The notes under the pieces: generated by a model
The model's input: only the letters and a program-made list of their open reading frames with translations
Database searches by the model: none
Told to the model about the DNA's origin: nothing
Position numbers and translations under genes: made by a program
From: an uncultured bacterium
GTDB lineage: Bacteria > Abyssobacteria > SURF-5
Length of the DNA: 28,164 nucleotides
Assembly (NCBI GenBank): GCA_964510165.1
Contig: CAZEBC010000013.1
Span: 1-28,164, forward strand
Direction: 5' to 3'
Shown here: one piece after another, positions 25,033 to 28,164 of the stretch
How positions within the stretch are numbered: position 1 is the first letter of the stretch
How the letters are laid out: every line of letters begins with the position of its first letter

Positions 25033-26359
25033 TGCGATTCACTCCTGATATGGACGCGAGGGCTTTGCCTCGCTCCTCTCTCGTGAAAAAAAGCGTGTTC
25101 GACGCCGCCGGAATGACATAGGTGATGAAAGCATGCGGCAGGCTCTGTACGGCCATTCGGTACCCTTCTTCGAACGAAGCGGCTGGCCGCATCCTCATCC
25201 GGGTCACATCCGCAGGGTCAAGCTCAGACACTAGCACGATATTCACTTCGAGAGCCTTTTCGAATGCGGCATAGGCGGTCTGGCCGTAAATCTCGTAGTG
25301 CGCCCGAAGATACTCCTCAAATTCCGGCGCGCTCTCGAACTTGAACCAATCCACAAAGCCAGGATAGCCGAATCCGTCTCCGCACTCGGCCAGCGCGATG
25401 ATCCAGCCGCCGGGCTTCGTCACCGAATATGCGCTGTGTATCGCCTTATGGGTCTGGATAAAGTTGATATCCTTGGGATAACCGCCGCAACTCACGATGG
25501 TCAGGTCGGCCGGTTCGTCCACAGTCAGGCTGAAGCGCTCGATGTAGTGCGCGCACGCAGCCTCGTGCGCCTCAACGAAGTCCCCAGCAAACGCCGCGAT
25601 CTGTCCATCCGGTGAAATGATTGAGTTCAACATGAAGCATGGATTCACCATGCGGGCCGCCTCGAGCATATCCTCATGAACCGGGTTGCCCGCCAGCCGC
25701 GCGAGCCGTGCGTTGACGTTTCTTCCGAGGGCCGGGGACGGCTCGAAGACCAGCATGTGACTCTGGAGCGCCGCCTCGGCCGAGCAAACACCCGGCATTA
25801 TGCTCTTCCGGCCCCCTCCAAAACCGGCATAGTAGTGCGGGATCACACCGCCCGTGACAATCACCTTGTCCGCTTCGACCACTGAGCGGTTCACGGAGAC
25901 TTCCGTTCCCCTTGCAGTCCTGCCCAGTGGGACAAGGTTGTTCTCGTCACGAGGGTCGTGGTCGATAGGACGAATGCGTTCATATAACGCCTCGCCCAGC
26001 AGCTTTCGATGCTCGTCTACAGTCTGTCGCCGGTGTATCCCGAGCGCTATGACGATCCGGATGTCCGCATCGGAAACGCCAATCTCATGAAGCTCTTCGA
26101 CCAGGACCGGCAGAAACACGTCGCTCGCCGTCGCACGTGTGCTGTCGGAAGCCACTATTGCAACGCTGTCCCCCGCCGAAACGATGTCGCCCAGCCGAAA
26201 CGAGCCTATGGGCTCATTCAACGCATTCCTTATCACTGCTGTGGGGCCCGCAGTGGGAAGGGAACCAGAGCAAGTCAGAATCTCCGGCGTGCGCCCATCG
26301 GGAACCCTGGCCGCAATGGTTCTATCGCCGTACTTGAGTTGAAACCTGCGAGTGTTCAT
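25010..26359 (-). CDS. larA: LarA family nickel-pincer-dependent lactate racemase/alpha-hydroxyacid epimerase
   Basis: SDSTR, LGIHR, PHYYAGFGGGRKSIMPG, QSH, NPVHEDM, GGYPKDINFIQTHKA, AECGDG. Confidence 0.9.
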   Translation of the reverse strand: MNTRRFQLKYGDRTIAARVPDGRTPEILTCSGSLPTAGPTAVIRNALNEPIGSFRLGDIVSAGDSVAIVASDSTRATASDVFLPVLVEELHEIGVSDADIRIVIALGIHRRQTVDEHRKLLGEALYERIRPIDHDPRDENNLVPLGRTARGTEVSVNRSVVEADKVIVTGGVIPHYYAGFGGGRKSIMPGVCSAEAALQSHMLVFEPSPALGRNVNARLARLAGNPVHEDMLEAARMVNPCFMLNSIISPDGQIAAFAGDFVEAHEAACAHYIERFSLTVDEPADLTIVSCGGYPKDINFIQTHKAIHSAYSVTKPGGWIIALAECGDGFGYPGFVDWFKFESAPEFEEYLRAHYEIYGQTAYAAFEKALEVNIVLVSELDPADVTRMRMRPAASFEEGYRMAVQSLPHAFITYVIPAASNTLFFTREERGKALASISGVNRIEGSEVP

Positions 26360-26417
26360 TGAATGCGCAAAGACGCCCCCAATTACTCAAAGCCTTGTCA
26401 GATCTAGTGTCATGCTG

Positions 26418-26446
26418 TTGACCGACCGAATCATCCCCTGTATCAT
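26418..26446 (+). promoter_or_regulatory. Putative sigma70 promoter of the MFS gene
   Basis: TTGACC (26418-26423), 17 nt, TATCAT (26441-26446). Confidence 0.6.
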
Positions 26447-26501
26447 AGTACGACTTGGCGCAGAATCGGGATTACCCACGTGGTGTCGCAGGGAGACCGA
26501 C

Positions 26502-27773
26502 ATGAAGAAAACAATAATGCCTCTCGGAGATTCTCGAAAGCCGATCTTTTACGGGTGGATCATCGTAGCCACATGCTTCATAATTCTGTTCGCATTTAAC
26601 GGCGTTATTATAAATACATTTGGCGTCTTCTTCAAGCCCGTCAGCGAAAGCATGGGGTGGAGCCGCGCCACATTCAGCGTCGCTCTTGGGATAGGCGCAA
26701 TAGCAATGGCCGTCGGCTCACCGTTTGTCGGCAGAGTCATGGATTCAATCGGCGCCAGCAGGACAATGCTCGCCGGATGCCTCTTGTGCGGGATTGGCAT
26801 GATGTGGCTCGGAAAGGCCACTCATTTGTGGCATTTCTACGTCCTGTTTGCCGTGGTCGGGCTGGGACTGGCCGCCACGACCGCGATTCCGGTTTCACTC
26901 CTGATAGCGAACTGGTTCACTCGGAAGCGCGGAAAGGCGATGGGGCTGGCGTTCATGGGCACGAGCGCGGGCGGAATGGTCATGAACCCGGTAAACACGC
27001 GTCTTCTACATGAATTGGGCTGGCGAAACTCCTACATCGTTCTTGGCATCGCGATGCTCATTGTCACACTTCCGCTGGTGTTTTTTTTCGTGAGGACACG
27101 TCCCTCCGACCTGAAGCTTGTGCCCGACGGCGAGGCCGCCGAGACGCATACACACGTGGCCCTGACGGGTCACACTTTGAACGAAGCGATTCGAACCTCC
27201 GCCTTCTGGTTCATCGCGGCCAACATGTTCCTGACAACCTTCATGGCCCAGGCGATAGGGGTCCACTGCGTCCCGTATCTTACCGACATCGGGCACTCGG
27301 ATATGCGCGCCGCCTGGACATATGGCATCTCGTTGGGCTTCATGACTCTCGGCAAGGTCGTGCTGGGCGCTATCGCCGACCGCAAGGGCAGTCGACCGAC
27401 TTTTGTTCTGAGCGCCATCATGACCGCCGTCGGCATTGGCATACTGATGGGAGCTACTCCATTCTCGATTGCTTTGCTCTTCGCGGTCGTGTACGGATTC
27501 CCGCAAGGCGGCCCGCTCACGTTGACGCCAATGGTCACCGCCGATTGCCACGGGCTGTCGAATTTCGGCGCCATTTTCGGGGCCGTGTCATTCTTTTCGA
27601 TCCTCGGCGCGGCCGTCGGACCAATTGTAGTCGGCAAAATGTATGATATGACCGAACCCAACACCTATAAGTGGGCTTTTGTTTTGCTCATTCTCATGAC
27701 GCTCGCAAGTGCATACTGCATTCACATGGCCCGCACCGATCCAGGCTTCGTTACAACTGATAAGACCATGTAG
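26502..27773 (+). CDS. MFS transporter (monocarboxylate/OFA-like)
   Basis: FYGWIIV N-terminus, motif A GRVMDSIGAS, NWFTRKRGKAMG, GWRNSY, GAIADRKGSR, about 12 hydrophobic segments; GGGAG RBS before ATG 26502. Confidence 0.93.
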   Translation: MKKTIMPLGDSRKPIFYGWIIVATCFIILFAFNGVIINTFGVFFKPVSESMGWSRATFSVALGIGAIAMAVGSPFVGRVMDSIGASRTMLAGCLLCGIGMMWLGKATHLWHFYVLFAVVGLGLAATTAIPVSLLIANWFTRKRGKAMGLAFMGTSAGGMVMNPVNTRLLHELGWRNSYIVLGIAMLIVTLPLVFFFVRTRPSDLKLVPDGEAAETHTHVALTGHTLNEAIRTSAFWFIAANMFLTTFMAQAIGVHCVPYLTDIGHSDMRAAWTYGISLGFMTLGKVVLGAIADRKGSRPTFVLSAIMTAVGIGILMGATPFSIALLFAVVYGFPQGGPLTLTPMVTADCHGLSNFGAIFGAVSFFSILGAAVGPIVVGKMYDMTEPNTYKWAFVLLILMTLASAYCIHMARTDPGFVTTDKTM

Positions 27774-27917
27774 CGACGAGTCCGATATTCGCCCCTGCTC
27801 GCGCGGAATGAGTCCGCGGACACAGGCACCGCTGAAGCTGCATGCAGGCCCGTGTCCGCTGGTGTTTGGGTTGGACGGTTGGGTCAAACCTTTACGTTAC
27901 CACATCTAATGGTAATG

Positions 27918-27932
27918 GCAATAACCGTGCCA
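27918..27932 (-). promoter_or_regulatory. Sigma54 (-24/-12) promoter
   Basis: Minus strand TGGCACGGTTATTGC matches TGGCACG-N4-TTGC with exact GG-N10-GC spacing. Confidence 0.65.
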
Positions 27933-28125
27933 TGACAAGCGCGCCATATAGATAAACATCAGCATGACAGTAGCTTACGAAGTTTCAGGTCGACTCTGTC
28001 CACGCAGGCTTGGCCGTCTTTTCCGGGGAGATTTTTGCCGGTTCCCGCCAAATAATGCCCCGCCTGTCGTAATCCATCCCCTCCGTACTACTCACTGGCA
28101 GTTTTGCGAATTTCCGTCATGCTTT

Positions 28126-28164
28126 CCCCCTCACCCCAACCTTCTCCCACTGGGAGAGAGCAGG
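28126..28164. repeat. REP-like palindromic element (CCCTCACCCCAACC-TCTCCC...GGGAGAG type), at the window edge
   Basis: CCCCCTCACCCCAACCTTCTCCCACTGGGAGAGAG, with TCTCCCA/TGGGAGA arms at 28143-28157. Confidence 0.55.

Noticed and set aside
27588..27887. 99-aa minus-strand TTG ORF downstream of the sigma54 promoter
   Set aside because: Overlaps the MFS 3' end by 186 nt antisense, and the SD-like AAAGG is too close to the start; unlikely but not excluded.
1..28164. CRISPR arrays, tRNA/rRNA, IS elements, Sec/Pyl readthrough, known riboswitches
   Set aside because: No regularly spaced repeats, cloverleaf or transposase motifs seen; recognised proteins look full length at their stops; the leaders at 5535-5695 and 11309-11479 matched no riboswitch I can recognise by eye (an Rfam scan would be decisive).

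Overview
A gene-dense, GC-rich bacterial chromosomal segment, mostly on the minus strand, with anaerobic organic-acid and acyl-CoA metabolism genes. From left to right it holds: (1) an operon with a GltD/NfnB-like flavoprotein fused to a 2-oxoacid oxidoreductase delta-type ferredoxin, a divergent alpha/beta/gamma 2-oxoacid:ferredoxin oxidoreductase (OFOR), and a SauT-like AMP-forming acyl-CoA ligase that runs off the left edge; (2) 3-hydroxyacyl-CoA dehydrogenase plus a crotonase; (3) a sensor kinase, a sigma54-dependent response regulator and a stand-alone receiver protein; (4) a TetR - alanine dehydrogenase - fused E1(alpha+beta) - E2 - tungsten AOR - MoaD operon with no E3; (5) two PNPOx-like flavin-binding proteins, TrxC and a small hypothetical; (6) a LarA-family epimerase, an unknown membrane protein, an M14 metallopeptidase, a 64-aa HisKA/DHp-like microprotein and a UroD/MtaA-family protein; (7) a divergent MFS transporter, then an orphan sigma54 promoter facing a structured, apparently non-coding segment, and a REP-like palindrome. 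I saw no rRNA, tRNA, CRISPR array or transposase. All calls come from motif recognition by eye; no database searches were run.
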